The notes beneath the pieces were generated by a model. That model did not search any database, was not told where the DNA came from, and saw nothing but the letters and a program-made list of their open reading frames with translations. Below are positions 25,226 through 34,240 of a stretch of DNA of 64,000 nt, in pieces (position 1 is the first letter of the stretch; each line of letters opens with the position of its first letter). The position numbers and the translations under genes were made by a program. This DNA is from an uncultured Candidatus Berkelbacteria bacterium (GTDB lineage Bacteria > Patescibacteriota > UBA1384 > CAILIB01): the NCBI GenBank assembly GCA_903834195.1, contig CAILIB010000037.1:19-64018 (forward strand), written 5' to 3'.

Positions 25226-25989
25226 TTCTTGAATACATCTGCCATGACGGTTTTGACTGCGTCACCAACACTGGTCATGAATTGGGCAGGGAAGATGATG
25301 GTTGAGTTTTTCTCAACACTGATTTCAGCCATGGTCTGCAGTGTGCGTAATTGGAGGGCAACTGGGTGGGCGGCGATAATGTCGGCAGCCTCAGCTAACT
25401 TGGTAGCTGCTTGCATTTCACCTTCTGCGGCAACAATCTTAGCTCGGCGTTCGCGCTCGGCTTCTGCCTCTTTGGCCATGGCGCGCTGCATGTTGTCGGG
25501 GAGGGTAATGTCCTTAATTTCAACGGCGGTAACTTCAACACCCCAAGGTTCGGTGTGCTTGTCGATTACTACTTTAATTTGCTCGTTGATCTCAAGTGTT
25601 TGGGAGAGAAGTTCATCCAATTTAAAACGTCCTACTACATTACGAACTGTGGTTTGGCTGATCTGGTTTACAGCGTAGTAGATATTCTCAACCGCCATGA
25701 CTGACTTTTCCGAGTCAGTAATTTGGGAGTAGGCAACCGCTGCAATGTCGATGGAGACATTATCTTTGGTGATGATTTTCTGGGTCGGAATGTCCATGGT
25801 GACGGTTCGCAGCGAAACTCGGGTCATTGTTTCAAGGATTGGGAAAACATAGATGAGGCCAGGGCCACGCTGTCCAACAAATTTACCAAGACGGAAAACA
25901 ACACCGCGCTCATACTGTTTTACAACGCGTAAGCCGGCGAGGAAAAAGACAATAACAGCAACAATTATATAAAAAGCGACTACGTCCAT
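25222..25989 (-). CDS. SPFH/band-7 (stomatin-like) membrane protein
   Basis: N-terminal transmembrane segment. [12 protein letters not shown]..., and a coiled [20 protein letters not shown] segment typical of the stomatin/prohibitin family. Confidence 0.9.
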   Translation of the reverse strand: MDVVAFYIIVAVIVFFLAGLRVVKQYERGVVFRLGKFVGQRGPGLIYVFPILETMTRVSLRTVTMDIPTQKIITKDNVSIDIAAVAYSQITDSEKSVMAVENIYYAVNQISQTTVRNVVGRFKLDELLSQTLEINEQIKVVIDKHTEPWGVEVTAVEIKDITLPDNMQRAMAKEAEAERERRAKIVAAEGEMQAATKLAEAADIIAAHPVALQLRTLQTMAEISVEKNSTIIFPAQFMTSVGDAVKTVMADVFKK

Positions 25990-26093
25990 ATGGGTAATGT
26001 TACTCTAATTTGCTTAGACAGTAGCACTAGTATGTGGCTTTTACTATATGGTGCAGTTTATTTAATTATTATTTAACGTTTTAACCTGTTGAC

Positions 26094-26123
26094 TTGACAT
26101 TTTCCCCATTTTTGTGGTAGGTT
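26094..26123 (+). promoter_or_regulatory. Candidate promoter for the lipoprotein gene (TTGACA-18 nt-TAGGTT with TG)
   Basis: -35 TTGACA at 26094-26099, TG at 26115-26116, -10 TAGGTT at 26118-26123. Confidence 0.4.
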
Positions 26124-26186
26124 CAGGCATCTGCCAAAACCGGGTAGCGCATTTGCGTTGCACACAGGTTAGGGGCGGCATTTAAT

Positions 26187-27242
26187 ATGACACGTCAGTC
26201 TAAGTCCGCATCGCCCTTAGGGCTTGTGGCATTCGTAGTGTTCCTTGCTCTCTCCCTGTGTGGGTGCGGAGGTAATGGAGCGAGTTCATCTGGTAGTGGC
26301 GGTTTGAAGCCTGCGTACACCGCGGTAACAAGCGTTACTACTGTGGATTCATCTCTTCGCGCATCGCCTTTGACGCAGTATCAAACTCCGACATTTTCGG
26401 TTGCAAGCATGCAACCAGCATTCATTTCCTATACCAGTACCACCGAATTCGGCGTGTACTGGAAAGGAACATTCTTGCCAGTACCGTCGGACATTGCGGC
26501 ATTGTCTAGGAAGACTTCGCCAAAGGTCAAAGATGCGATCGTATTCGGAAACTACGGCGGCACAAACGGTTTTGCCTACAACTGGCAGATCGGAACGGTC
26601 GTCGGCTTGTTCCTCGATCAGACGCCACTTGCTGTTTCCAACGATGGAAAGGTGGTTTGGTTACGCTGGGGCAGTCAGTTGGTTGAGTGGAATATTGTTT
26701 CGCAAAAGCAATCGTTCCTCGACCTTCCGTCTGACGCTGCGGCGGCATCCGACACCACAGTGCTCTTTGGAGCAAAATCGGGGGAATTCGTGGTTTCGTA
26801 TACCGGAACTTCCGGAAAAACCAATCTGCTTCGAATTGGTGGGCACTACGTAACTCTCTGGGGATACAAGGGGGCGCCCGCCACACCAACCGGCATGAAT
26901 AGTGGTGTCGTTTCCGGAAACTCGTCGGGTTCAGGCGTCATTCCAATTTATTGGAGTAAGGACGGAATTCCACAGCCGTTGAACCTTGGTAATGACATCA
27001 TGGGTGCAGTAAATGGCGTCACTGAAACCGGTGTCCTTTATGGCTACATAGGTTCAGACGTCACAAATCAGTTCGCGGTTGTTTGGCCGAGTGTGACAGC
27101 TGCTCCGACGAATGTTACGAAGATGTCCGGCACGACACTCAACGCCGTTGTAGCGGCCTGCGGAGACGGTAGTCATCTGGAACTTACGTTCGCGGGAAGG
27201 ACGTATGCGGATTTTCAGACGGTCAACGTCACCTATAAGTAG
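26187..27242 (+). CDS. Putative lipoprotein, unknown function (GC-elevated gene)
   Basis: Signal peptide with lipobox LALSLCGC. 351 aa and Ser/Gly/Thr-rich. Sampled 60-nt blocks have 48-57% GC, against roughly 33-47% in the sampled flanks. Confidence 0.6.
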   Translation: MTRQSKSASPLGLVAFVVFLALSLCGCGGNGASSSGSGGLKPAYTAVTSVTTVDSSLRASPLTQYQTPTFSVASMQPAFISYTSTTEFGVYWKGTFLPVPSDIAALSRKTSPKVKDAIVFGNYGGTNGFAYNWQIGTVVGLFLDQTPLAVSNDGKVVWLRWGSQLVEWNIVSQKQSFLDLPSDAAAASDTTVLFGAKSGEFVVSYTGTSGKTNLLRIGGHYVTLWGYKGAPATPTGMNSGVVSGNSSGSGVIPIYWSKDGIPQPLNLGNDIMGAVNGVTETGVLYGYIGSDVTNQFAVVWPSVTAAPTNVTKMSGTTLNAVVAACGDGSHLELTFAGRTYADFQTVNVTYK

Positions 27243-27276
27243 CGCTGGTCAGCGCTTTCCCAAATTGACCTCAAGT

Positions 27277-27309
27277 CCCGCTTCTATATAAGAAGCGGGC
27301 AATTTTTTT
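27277..27309 (+). terminator. Intrinsic terminator after the lipoprotein gene
   Basis: Stem cccgcttct/agaagcggg, loop atata, then caattttttt. Confidence 0.85.
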
Positions 27310-27321
27310 GTACAAACAAGA

Positions 27322-27350
27322 GCCCCGGGACCTTATAGGTGATCCGGAGC
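27322..27350 (-). terminator. Candidate terminator for the minus-strand hypothetical gene
   Basis: On the minus strand, stem gctccgg/ccggggc (one G-U pair) followed by tcttgtttgt. Confidence 0.45.
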
Positions 27351-27363
27351 GTCATGACCGTTG

Positions 27364-27957
27364 CTAAGCAGTGGTGAGACCAATTTCGGCGAGTAGATCG
27401 TCGACTTCTTTGGGCATCAAAATTGATGCGTAGCATATGCTGTGGATGTGGAATTGTATGTTTCTTGCCGCAGGCTCGAATGATTGAGGGATGACTGCCA
27501 GAATGTACCGAATCAGTTCGGTTTGCGCTGGGTTTAGTCGCTCTGTCATCAGCCAGGTTGGCGATTCGGTATCAATGGCTTGATTAGCCTGAGTTGCGAG
27601 CAAGAGCAAACATAGTAAATCTGCAGCTTTCAAGTCTTTCAATGTAAGAACTATTCCCTTACCTTCATCGAATAGTCTTTCGAGTTCGGTGAACACGACG
27701 TCTGCTGCGTACTCCACAGGTGTCTGATCCTGTAATCCAGCAATATCTCGTGCCTCCAGGGCGAGACGTTGTGCTCTAGTTACCGCTTCTTCCGAAGCAC
27801 TCTCTCGGAGGGTATCAAGCAGATGCCTGCAGAAGTTCTGAATGTCAGGAAGGTGATCTTCGTTGGTCAGGTTGCAGCGACGAAACGTCACTTGTGCAAA
27901 CGGGGACATTGTCGTAGTGTGATCTACGCCGGGTTTTGAAAGTCTGATTTGGTGCAT
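27364..27957 (-). CDS. Hypothetical protein (197 aa), no recognisable motif
   Basis: Track ORF 27364-28017 starts at a TTG that overlaps a promoter. Start reset to MHQIRLSKPG (ATG at 27957), which is preceded by aggaaaaagaa. Confidence 0.5.
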   Translation of the reverse strand: MHQIRLSKPGVDHTTTMSPFAQVTFRRCNLTNEDHLPDIQNFCRHLLDTLRESASEEAVTRAQRLALEARDIAGLQDQTPVEYAADVVFTELERLFDEGKGIVLTLKDLKAADLLCLLLLATQANQAIDTESPTWLMTERLNPAQTELIRYILAVIPQSFEPAARNIQFHIHSICYASILMPKEVDDLLAEIGLTTA

Positions 27958-28005
27958 TTCTTTTTCCTGTCGGATGCCCACAATAGGGGTCTCGACTGTG
28001 CCGCA

Positions 28006-28014
28006 TTTATACCA
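28006..28014 (-). promoter_or_regulatory. Extended -10 element TGgTATAAA (minus strand)
   Basis: The reverse complement of 28006-28014 reads tggtataaa. It lies ~45 nt upstream of the ATG at 27957. Confidence 0.45.
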
Positions 28015-28050
28015 CAAAAAAGCAAAAAAGTCAATCTGTTAAGACATTTC

Positions 28051-28059
28051 TGATACAAT
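28051..28059 (+). promoter_or_regulatory. Extended -10 TGaTACAAT, 6 nt upstream of the miaA ATG (leaderless-type)
   Basis: TG at 28051-28052, TACAAT at 28054-28059, ATG at 28066. Confidence 0.55.
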
Positions 28060-28065
28060 GCACAT

Positions 28066-28779
28066 ATGGAAAAACTTATCGCAATTTTGGGTCAGACAGC
28101 CTCAGGTAAAACCTCACTAGGCGAGTTTTTGGCGCTCACATATGACGGTGAGATCGTTTCAGCTGATGCTAAACAGGTGTATCGGGGAATGGACATCGGC
28201 ACTGCTAAAGAAAAACACCTCAAAGTTCCACAACATTTAATCGATATTAAAGACCCGGGCGAGAAGGTGACAGTGGCCGAATATCAGGCGTTGGCATACC
28301 AAACAATTGATGAAATCTTGGCACGGGGAAAGCAACCATTCCTAGTTGGTGGAAGCACACTCTATGCTGAAGCGGTTACGCACGGGTACGTGTTTAATGA
28401 ACAGGGAAAGAGTTCTGAGCAGGTACCTCGTTATAATGTCTTAGAAATCGCTATCCATCATGATCGGGAGAGATTAAAAGAGCGGGCAGCAGGGAGGTTA
28501 CGCGAACGAATTGCACAAGGTCTTCCAGAAGAAGTACAGGGGTTACTTGATGCTGGTGTGTCCCCGACCTGGCTTGATCATTGCGGTATAGAGTATAAAT
28601 ATTTCTCTAAATATATTCTCGGTGAACTAACGCTTGAGGAGGCTACAGCCAAGACAATTACTGCAATAAATCAATATATTAAACGCCAATATACGTGGTG
28701 GCGGCGTCACCCCGAAATTCAGTGGGTACAGGAGCCAGAAGAGGCAGTAGTCATAGTTAATAGGTTTCTCGGTCGGTGA
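28066..28779 (+). CDS. miaA: tRNA dimethylallyltransferase (short form)
   Basis: P-loop GQTASGKTSLG and SADAKQVYRGMDIGTAKE (the MiaA DSMQVYRGMDIGTAK motif). Confidence 0.85.
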   Translation: MEKLIAILGQTASGKTSLGEFLALTYDGEIVSADAKQVYRGMDIGTAKEKHLKVPQHLIDIKDPGEKVTVAEYQALAYQTIDEILARGKQPFLVGGSTLYAEAVTHGYVFNEQGKSSEQVPRYNVLEIAIHHDRERLKERAAGRLRERIAQGLPEEVQGLLDAGVSPTWLDHCGIEYKYFSKYILGELTLEEATAKTITAINQYIKRQYTWWRRHPEIQWVQEPEEAVVIVNRFLGR

Positions 28780-28784
28780 TCACG

Positions 28785-28793
28785 TGCTATACT
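28785..28793 (+). promoter_or_regulatory. Extended -10 TGcTATACT, 7 nt upstream of the ftsE ATG (leaderless-type)
   Basis: TG at 28785-28786, TATACT at 28788-28793, ATG at 28801. Confidence 0.55.
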
Positions 28794-28800
28794 AGGCTAT

Positions 28801-29670
28801 ATGCCTGAAGAAAAAGTTACCGAACAACCTGATTCCCCGGCCAGCAAGCCAGGAAAATCCGTTGAAGGACTTACCAAAAAAGTTGCGGCAAAAGTTGGAA
28901 AAGCAGCCCGACCGCTCTTTAAGAAGGTTAAAGATGCGATGCCTGGCAAGGAAGTTGAGCCTATTGAAGACCCAACTCCACTTCGACCGCTTCTTGTTGA
29001 GTTTCGTGATGTTACCAAGCAATACGGTAATCACATCGCACTCAATAACATTTCTATTAAATTTTACAAAGGTGAGTTCCTGAGTATTGTAGGTCCTTCT
29101 GGTGCTGGAAAATCTACCCTTATTAAATGTTTGACTCTGCAAGAACGACCAGATTCGGGTCGTATTATTGTAGCTGGTCGCGACATCACCCTGCTCAAAG
29201 ATCGTGATTTACCGTACTACCGACGTAAAGTTGGTATTGTCTTCCAAGACTTTAAACTTTTGCCTGCAAAAACAGTCTATGAAAATGTAGCATTTGCACT
29301 TGAAGTTTCCGGAACCCCTGGTCGCGAAATTAAGAGTCGCGTAGAAGTGATGCTTGAAACTGTGGGAATGCTTTCTAAGCGAAACAACTTTCCACACGAA
29401 CTATCAGGTGGTGAGCAGCAACGTGTCGTTATTGCACGTGCCCTTGTGCATGATCCTAAAATTCTTATTGCTGATGAGCCAACCGGAAATCTTGATCCAG
29501 TAAATACGTGGGAAATTGTTGAATTGCTCTACAAGATCAATAAGTCAGGTACGATGGTAATTCTTGCAACCCATGATCGCGAAATTGTGGATGCGCTTAA
29601 AAAGAGGGTAGTAACTATGCGAGCCGGAACTGTTGTGGCTGACCAGGAGAAAGGGGTTTACTTAGTATGA
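28801..29670 (+). CDS. ftsE: Cell-division ABC ATPase FtsE with a ~60-aa Lys-rich N-terminal extension
   Basis: [10 protein letters not shown]...[43 protein letters not shown]. Adjacent to ftsX. Confidence 0.9.
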   Translation: MPEEKVTEQPDSPASKPGKSVEGLTKKVAAKVGKAARPLFKKVKDAMPGKEVEPIEDPTPLRPLLVEFRDVTKQYGNHIALNNISIKFYKGEFLSIVGPSGAGKSTLIKCLTLQERPDSGRIIVAGRDITLLKDRDLPYYRRKVGIVFQDFKLLPAKTVYENVAFALEVSGTPGREIKSRVEVMLETVGMLSKRNNFPHELSGGEQQRVVIARALVHDPKILIADEPTGNLDPVNTWEIVELLYKINKSGTMVILATHDREIVDALKKRVVTMRAGTVVADQEKGVYLV

Positions 29671-29755
29671 GAACCTCCTCACTCAACGTACCAGTAGTAC
29701 GTCTCCTCCCGGTACTCAAATCTTCCTTGAAATCCATTCAAATAAGGAGGTTCTC
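29669..29755 (+). promoter_or_regulatory. Stem-enclosed intergenic element B (repeat family); its closing helix sequesters the ftsX SD
   Basis: gagaacctcct (29669-29679, overlapping the ftsE stop TGA at 29668-29670) is the exact reverse complement of aggaggttctc (29745-29755), which ends 1 nt before the GTG at 29756. Inner hairpin acgtac-cagta-gtacgt at 29686-29702. Confidence 0.7.
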
Positions 29756-30706
29756 GTGAACAGCTTCCTCCGCGTCTTAGGCTATGGTGTACAGGGTTTT
29801 CGTCGCAACCTATGGTTGTCAGTTATTGCAATTATTACACTAACGATGACCTTGCTGACAATTACAGCGTTTACAGTTGGTGATATTGTTGCAACCAAAA
29901 AGTACCAAGAGTTCAGCCAGGACAAGATAGACTATGTTGTCTACATTCAGGATTCGGCAAGTGATCAAGATTTCAATGCGTTATACGATCAAATAAAGGC
30001 GCGCCCAGAAGTTCAAACTGTAACAGTTGTAAGTAAGTCAGACGCACGAATTAAGTTTGAACAGGATCATAAAGATCAGCCAGTGCTACAAGGCTTGATC
30101 ACCGACGATAATAATCCATTGCCTCGCTCGATTGTTGCTCATTTCGTAGATCCGAATAGCATTTCAGTCTTTAACACCTTTATTTCAGCTGATCGATATA
30201 AAGGAGTGGTTGATAGTACGAGTTACAAAGACAATGCGACAAGTATTGATAATTATTTGCACTTCACCAAGATTCTTCGCATATTTGGTCTCTTCTTTAC
30301 CTGCTTCTTTGTTCTGATAGCTGTACTGGTGGTGCTGAATACAATCCGTCTCGCTATTTTTGCCCGTCGTACCGAAATCGAAGTAATGCGCTTAGTGGGT
30401 GCGACCCAGCGCTATATTAGAGGGCCGTTCATTGTTGAAGGTATACTCTTTGCGGTAATAAGTACGCTTATCAGTACGATACTTACAGGTATTATGCTGC
30501 AGCAAATCGATAATCTCGTTCAGCAAACTACCGTTACTGGTCTTGGTAATCAAATCGCACAACTTTTCTCAAGCACAGTTCGGATGAATGGCGTAAGTGA
30601 GGTGACAAGTTTGCTTCTCTATCTCTTCGCAATTCAGCTTATTTCAGGACTTGTTCTCGCTACAATGTGTAGCATGTTGGCGGTACGACGTTATTTGAAA
30701 GAGTAG
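29756..30706 (+). CDS. ftsX: Cell-division ABC permease-like protein FtsX
   Basis: GTG start with an AAGGAGG SD. N-terminal transmembrane segment, ~130-aa extracytoplasmic domain, RRTEIEVMRLVGAT, and 3 C-terminal transmembrane segments. Confidence 0.85.
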   Translation: MNSFLRVLGYGVQGFRRNLWLSVIAIITLTMTLLTITAFTVGDIVATKKYQEFSQDKIDYVVYIQDSASDQDFNALYDQIKARPEVQTVTVVSKSDARIKFEQDHKDQPVLQGLITDDNNPLPRSIVAHFVDPNSISVFNTFISADRYKGVVDSTSYKDNATSIDNYLHFTKILRIFGLFFTCFFVLIAVLVVLNTIRLAIFARRTEIEVMRLVGATQRYIRGPFIVEGILFAVISTLISTILTGIMLQQIDNLVQQTTVTGLGNQIAQLFSSTVRMNGVSEVTSLLLYLFAIQLISGLVLATMCSMLAVRRYLKE

Positions 30707-30770
30707 ATTTTTCAAGTTCGTTTCAGGATTTCCCACTATTTTAGTTGATCGTTAAGCTTGTATTGCACAC

Positions 30771-31994
30771 ATGAAGATTCCAACTCTCTCTCGTTCTCTT
30801 TCTCGAAAAATTGGTGTTGTTCTCCTTTCACTTGTAGTACTTGCTGGTGTTGGATTTGGTGGGTTTTATATAGGTGTGCGAAAAGCTCCGACCTCACCAG
30901 ATGGAAAACCGGATCTAGGCCTTTTCTGGAAAGCTTGGGATATTGTTAACGCGAATTTTGATGGTGATACTATGAATAGTACTGGTCGTGTAGATGGAGC
31001 AATCTCAGGAATGGTTTCTAGTTTGAAAGATCCGTTTACATTTTACCTTGCACCAAGTGAGAATAAATTATTCCAATCTGATCTGCAGGGAAACTTTGGA
31101 GGAATTGGTGCAGACCTTATTTCGGATAATGGTCAGTTGACTATACAGTCTGTACTTTCAGGTACACCAGCTGAAAAAAGTGGTCTTCTTGCTAAAGATA
31201 TTATTATTAAAATTGATGGTAAAAAGGTAGCAAATATGCCTTTTAATGATGCTATTAATGCAATTCGAGGAACCAAGGGTACTGTTGTTACGCTCAATAT
31301 TGAACGAGCAGGGGAAACTGCCGCGCGCGATGTCTCAGTTACACGCGATACAATCACAATTAAGAGCGTGCTTACAGATACGCTCGGTGCTGATAAGAAT
31401 ATTGGCTACATCAAAGTGAATGAGTTTGGCCAAGATACCACACAAGATTTCATGACAGCATTGCAAGGTGTGGTTAAAGAAAATCGCAAGGGGTTGATTA
31501 TTGATCTACGTAACGATCCAGGTGGCTACCTTGATGCTGCTAAGGCAATGATTGGCATGGTGCTACCGGCAACTATTACGAGTGATCAGGCAGTGCTAAA
31601 GAAGCGCGTTGCGGTGCTCGAGCGAAGCAAAGATGGTTCCGAGAACCAAGATGTTGCAGGAGATACAATCATTGCACCGAATCTCCCAATCGTTGTACTT
31701 GTGAACGGGGGAAGTGCCTCAGCGTCAGAAATCTATGCAGGTGCAATGAAAGATTATAAACGCGCAACAGTTTTGGGGACTCAGACATTTGGAAAGGGAA
31801 GTGTTCAAACCTTAATAGATCTTGGGAACGGTGGTAGTATTAAAGTAACGATTGCAAAATGGTTTACACCACTTGGTGTGGGAATTGATGGCAAGGGGAT
31901 TACTCCAGATATAGTTGTAGATCTTCCACAGTCAGTAGTCCCCTCAACTTCTGATGTTCAAATCCAAAAAGCACTCGACATTCTCACTAAGTAG
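30771..31994 (+). CDS. ctpA: Carboxy-terminal processing (S41) protease with a PDZ domain
   Basis: GNFGGIGADL, a PDZ segment SGTPAEKSGLLAKDIIIKIDG, DLRNDPGGYL, and the catalytic region NGGSASASEI. Confidence 0.9.
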   Translation: MKIPTLSRSLSRKIGVVLLSLVVLAGVGFGGFYIGVRKAPTSPDGKPDLGLFWKAWDIVNANFDGDTMNSTGRVDGAISGMVSSLKDPFTFYLAPSENKLFQSDLQGNFGGIGADLISDNGQLTIQSVLSGTPAEKSGLLAKDIIIKIDGKKVANMPFNDAINAIRGTKGTVVTLNIERAGETAARDVSVTRDTITIKSVLTDTLGADKNIGYIKVNEFGQDTTQDFMTALQGVVKENRKGLIIDLRNDPGGYLDAAKAMIGMVLPATITSDQAVLKKRVAVLERSKDGSENQDVAGDTIIAPNLPIVVLVNGGSASASEIYAGAMKDYKRATVLGTQTFGKGSVQTLIDLGNGGSIKVTIAKWFTPLGVGIDGKGITPDIVVDLPQSVVPSTSDVQIQKALDILTK

Positions 31995-32003
31995 CACACC
32001 TAC

Positions 32004-34229
32004 ATGGCAGATTTGCCACCATCCTCACAACCGTTACCACCACTGCCAACTTCCCCTTCATCAACTCCCCCGGCAGTTCAGCAAGATTCTGCTGACAGTG
32101 GAGAGGATCTGTCTTCATTAAGTCCGCTTGCAGTTCTGCAGAAGCGGGGTTCTGCTCCGATGCATGTTCCACCTGTTCTACCGACTCCACCAGCACCTAT
32201 TCCTCCAGTACTTCCGAGTGCGCCTGCTCCTGTAATGCCTGCCCCAGTATTACCGACACCAGTAATGCCGGCACCAGCATTTAAAGTACCCGAAGCTCCG
32301 CAGTCACCAACTCTGCCAGTTCTACCATCGTTACCGGTTCAACCTGTGCAGTCAGTTCCACCTGTTCTACCGACTCCACCAGCCCCATTGAATATGGCGA
32401 CACCCCCGGCTTCAACCGGAAGTCCACTTGATGTAGATATTGATCGTGATGAGTTGCTGCAGGATGCTTCAGTAGTTCCACAACAAACATTTATTCTACC
32501 TACGCCACCACGTGTGCCAGTTGCTCCGACACCTCCTGCTCCGGTTGTGCGCGCACAGCAAGTTGCACCAACGTTACCTGTTCAACCTACTCAGTCGACA
32601 CTTCCTACTGCACCAGCTCCGACACAGCAAGTACCAGTTCAAAAGCCGCTCGCTCCTCTACCTGCAGCTCCAGTTGCACCGGTTGAGCATCCAGCATTAC
32701 CGTTACGTCCTGTACAACCAAAGGCGCCAACTCCATATGTTCCTGTGGCAAATCAAGCACGTTCACCGTTTCCGCCTAAATCAGCAGCACCGCTTTCACC
32801 AGTAAACATGGCTGCAAGCCCAGATGTGCATGAAATGGCAAGTGTGCATCATCACCGAATGATTTTATTTTCTACAATTGTCGGTGGAATTGTTGCGGTT
32901 CTCCTTCTTGTAGGAGGAATGTATGCCTTGGCAGACAATGGCACCCGAGTTCCGTTCTTTTATACCTATATTTCTGGCTTAAATGGTTCGGCACTTAGTC
33001 AGAGTCAGAATGCACAGGCAAAAATTGCAGCGATGAACTCGTACAAATATGTGAGTAGTTCATCAATTGTGCTTGATTCAGGGGGAACTTCTACTGATAC
33101 CTCAAGTAGTTCTGCACCGGTATATAAGTTAGTGGTTACCATTCCAAAAGGACAAGTCACAAATAATGGTGATACAAATGTGGCTGACTACCAGGTTGCA
33201 GCTAACGGAAATCCTGAAGTACCAGTAACTGTCTTAACGAGTAAGGCAAGTATGATTGCTTATTTTCCAACTGATCAGTCAAAAGATACTGTATTGGTAA
33301 AAAGTGATCAGGTGAATCAAACACTTCTGGCGGCGGCGATCACACCTCTTACTGCTCAAACTATGGTAAAAGCAGTAAAGAGTGAAGTCTCATACCAAAA
33401 ATCGACGTTGGCAGGACGAACAGTTGCTGCATATAATGTCGGGTATGACTGCGCGGTGTTACAGGCTAAATTGCCTACTGGATTCACTCTTGATACATGC
33501 GCGGGAACAATTGCGTATATGTGGAAGTCGACTGATGTGCTTGGCGGGCTACCTGCGGAAGCTTCAGTAAAAGCAGCTCTGAGTTATCAGGGTAAAAAGT
33601 ATGCATACTCTTCAGATTTCCAGTACGTAGATTGGAATGGTGTGCTTGGAAATGGTACATCTGAAGGTGATTTGGTCTTGATCAATAATGTTAAGACAAC
33701 TGATATCGTAACTGCACCAATCTCGGCGCAAGGAATGATCTCACGCTTAGGAATAAATTTTTCACAAATTCCTCACGACACAACACTTGATGCAACTCAA
33801 GGCGATGGTACAGCAGTAGTTGCGATTACTCCGAGTGGAGAGTCAACTGCAACGGTTGTTGATGCGTTAGTTTCTTCAGCGCAAGTTCCCCCTCAACCAG
33901 CTTCGGATGCCGCTAAGGCACGAGATGTTCAGCGCAAAAAGGATCTCTCAGATATCCAACAAGCTCTGATTGCATATAAAGCAAAAACTGGAAGTTATCC
34001 GATAGTAGCTACTGGTGATCAGGTGGCAAGTAACTCAATACTCTTTTCTTCTCTGGTTCCTACCTATTTAACCAAAATGCCACTTGATCCTTTGAAGGGA
34101 ACCTACTACTATTACTACCAGTCATCTGATGGAAGTGCGTATTCATTACGTGCTGTACTCGAAAATGCATCAGATTCGACTGCGAAGAAAGGGGCGGTTT
34201 TCTCCTTTTACGAACTCAGTAGTAAATAA
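32004..34229 (+). CDS. Bitopic protein: Pro-rich N-terminal region, single TM, extracytoplasmic domain ending in a pseudopilin (GspG/PilE)-like module
   Basis: About 280 aa of PxP repeats. TM helix MILFSTIVGGIVAVLLLVGGMYAL. C-terminus RDVQRKKDLSDIQQALIAYKAKTGSYP...YLTKMPLDPLKGTYYYYYQSSDGSAYSLRAVLEN resembles type IV pilin globular domains. Confidence 0.55.
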   Translation: MADLPPSSQPLPPLPTSPSSTPPAVQQDSADSGEDLSSLSPLAVLQKRGSAPMHVPPVLPTPPAPIPPVLPSAPAPVMPAPVLPTPVMPAPAFKVPEAPQSPTLPVLPSLPVQPVQSVPPVLPTPPAPLNMATPPASTGSPLDVDIDRDELLQDASVVPQQTFILPTPPRVPVAPTPPAPVVRAQQVAPTLPVQPTQSTLPTAPAPTQQVPVQKPLAPLPAAPVAPVEHPALPLRPVQPKAPTPYVPVANQARSPFPPKSAAPLSPVNMAASPDVHEMASVHHHRMILFSTIVGGIVAVLLLVGGMYALADNGTRVPFFYTYISGLNGSALSQSQNAQAKIAAMNSYKYVSSSSIVLDSGGTSTDTSSSSAPVYKLVVTIPKGQVTNNGDTNVADYQVAANGNPEVPVTVLTSKASMIAYFPTDQSKDTVLVKSDQVNQTLLAAAITPLTAQTMVKAVKSEVSYQKSTLAGRTVAAYNVGYDCAVLQAKLPTGFTLDTCAGTIAYMWKSTDVLGGLPAEASVKAALSYQGKKYAYSSDFQYVDWNGVLGNGTSEGDLVLINNVKTTDIVTAPISAQGMISRLGINFSQIPHDTTLDATQGDGTAVVAITPSGESTATVVDALVSSAQVPPQPASDAAKARDVQRKKDLSDIQQALIAYKAKTGSYPIVATGDQVASNSILFSSLVPTYLTKMPLDPLKGTYYYYYQSSDGSAYSLRAVLENASDSTAKKGAVFSFYELSSK

Positions 34230-34240
34230 CATATACCACT

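Noticed and set aside
26401-26889. Long overlapping ORFs (150 aa plus-strand, 120 and 61 aa minus-strand) inside the lipoprotein gene. Similar cases are 23407-23883 and 47009-47443.
   Set aside because: They are Arg/Ser/Pro/Cys-rich shadow frames caused by locally elevated GC or by overlap with well-supported genes. None has start-site signals.
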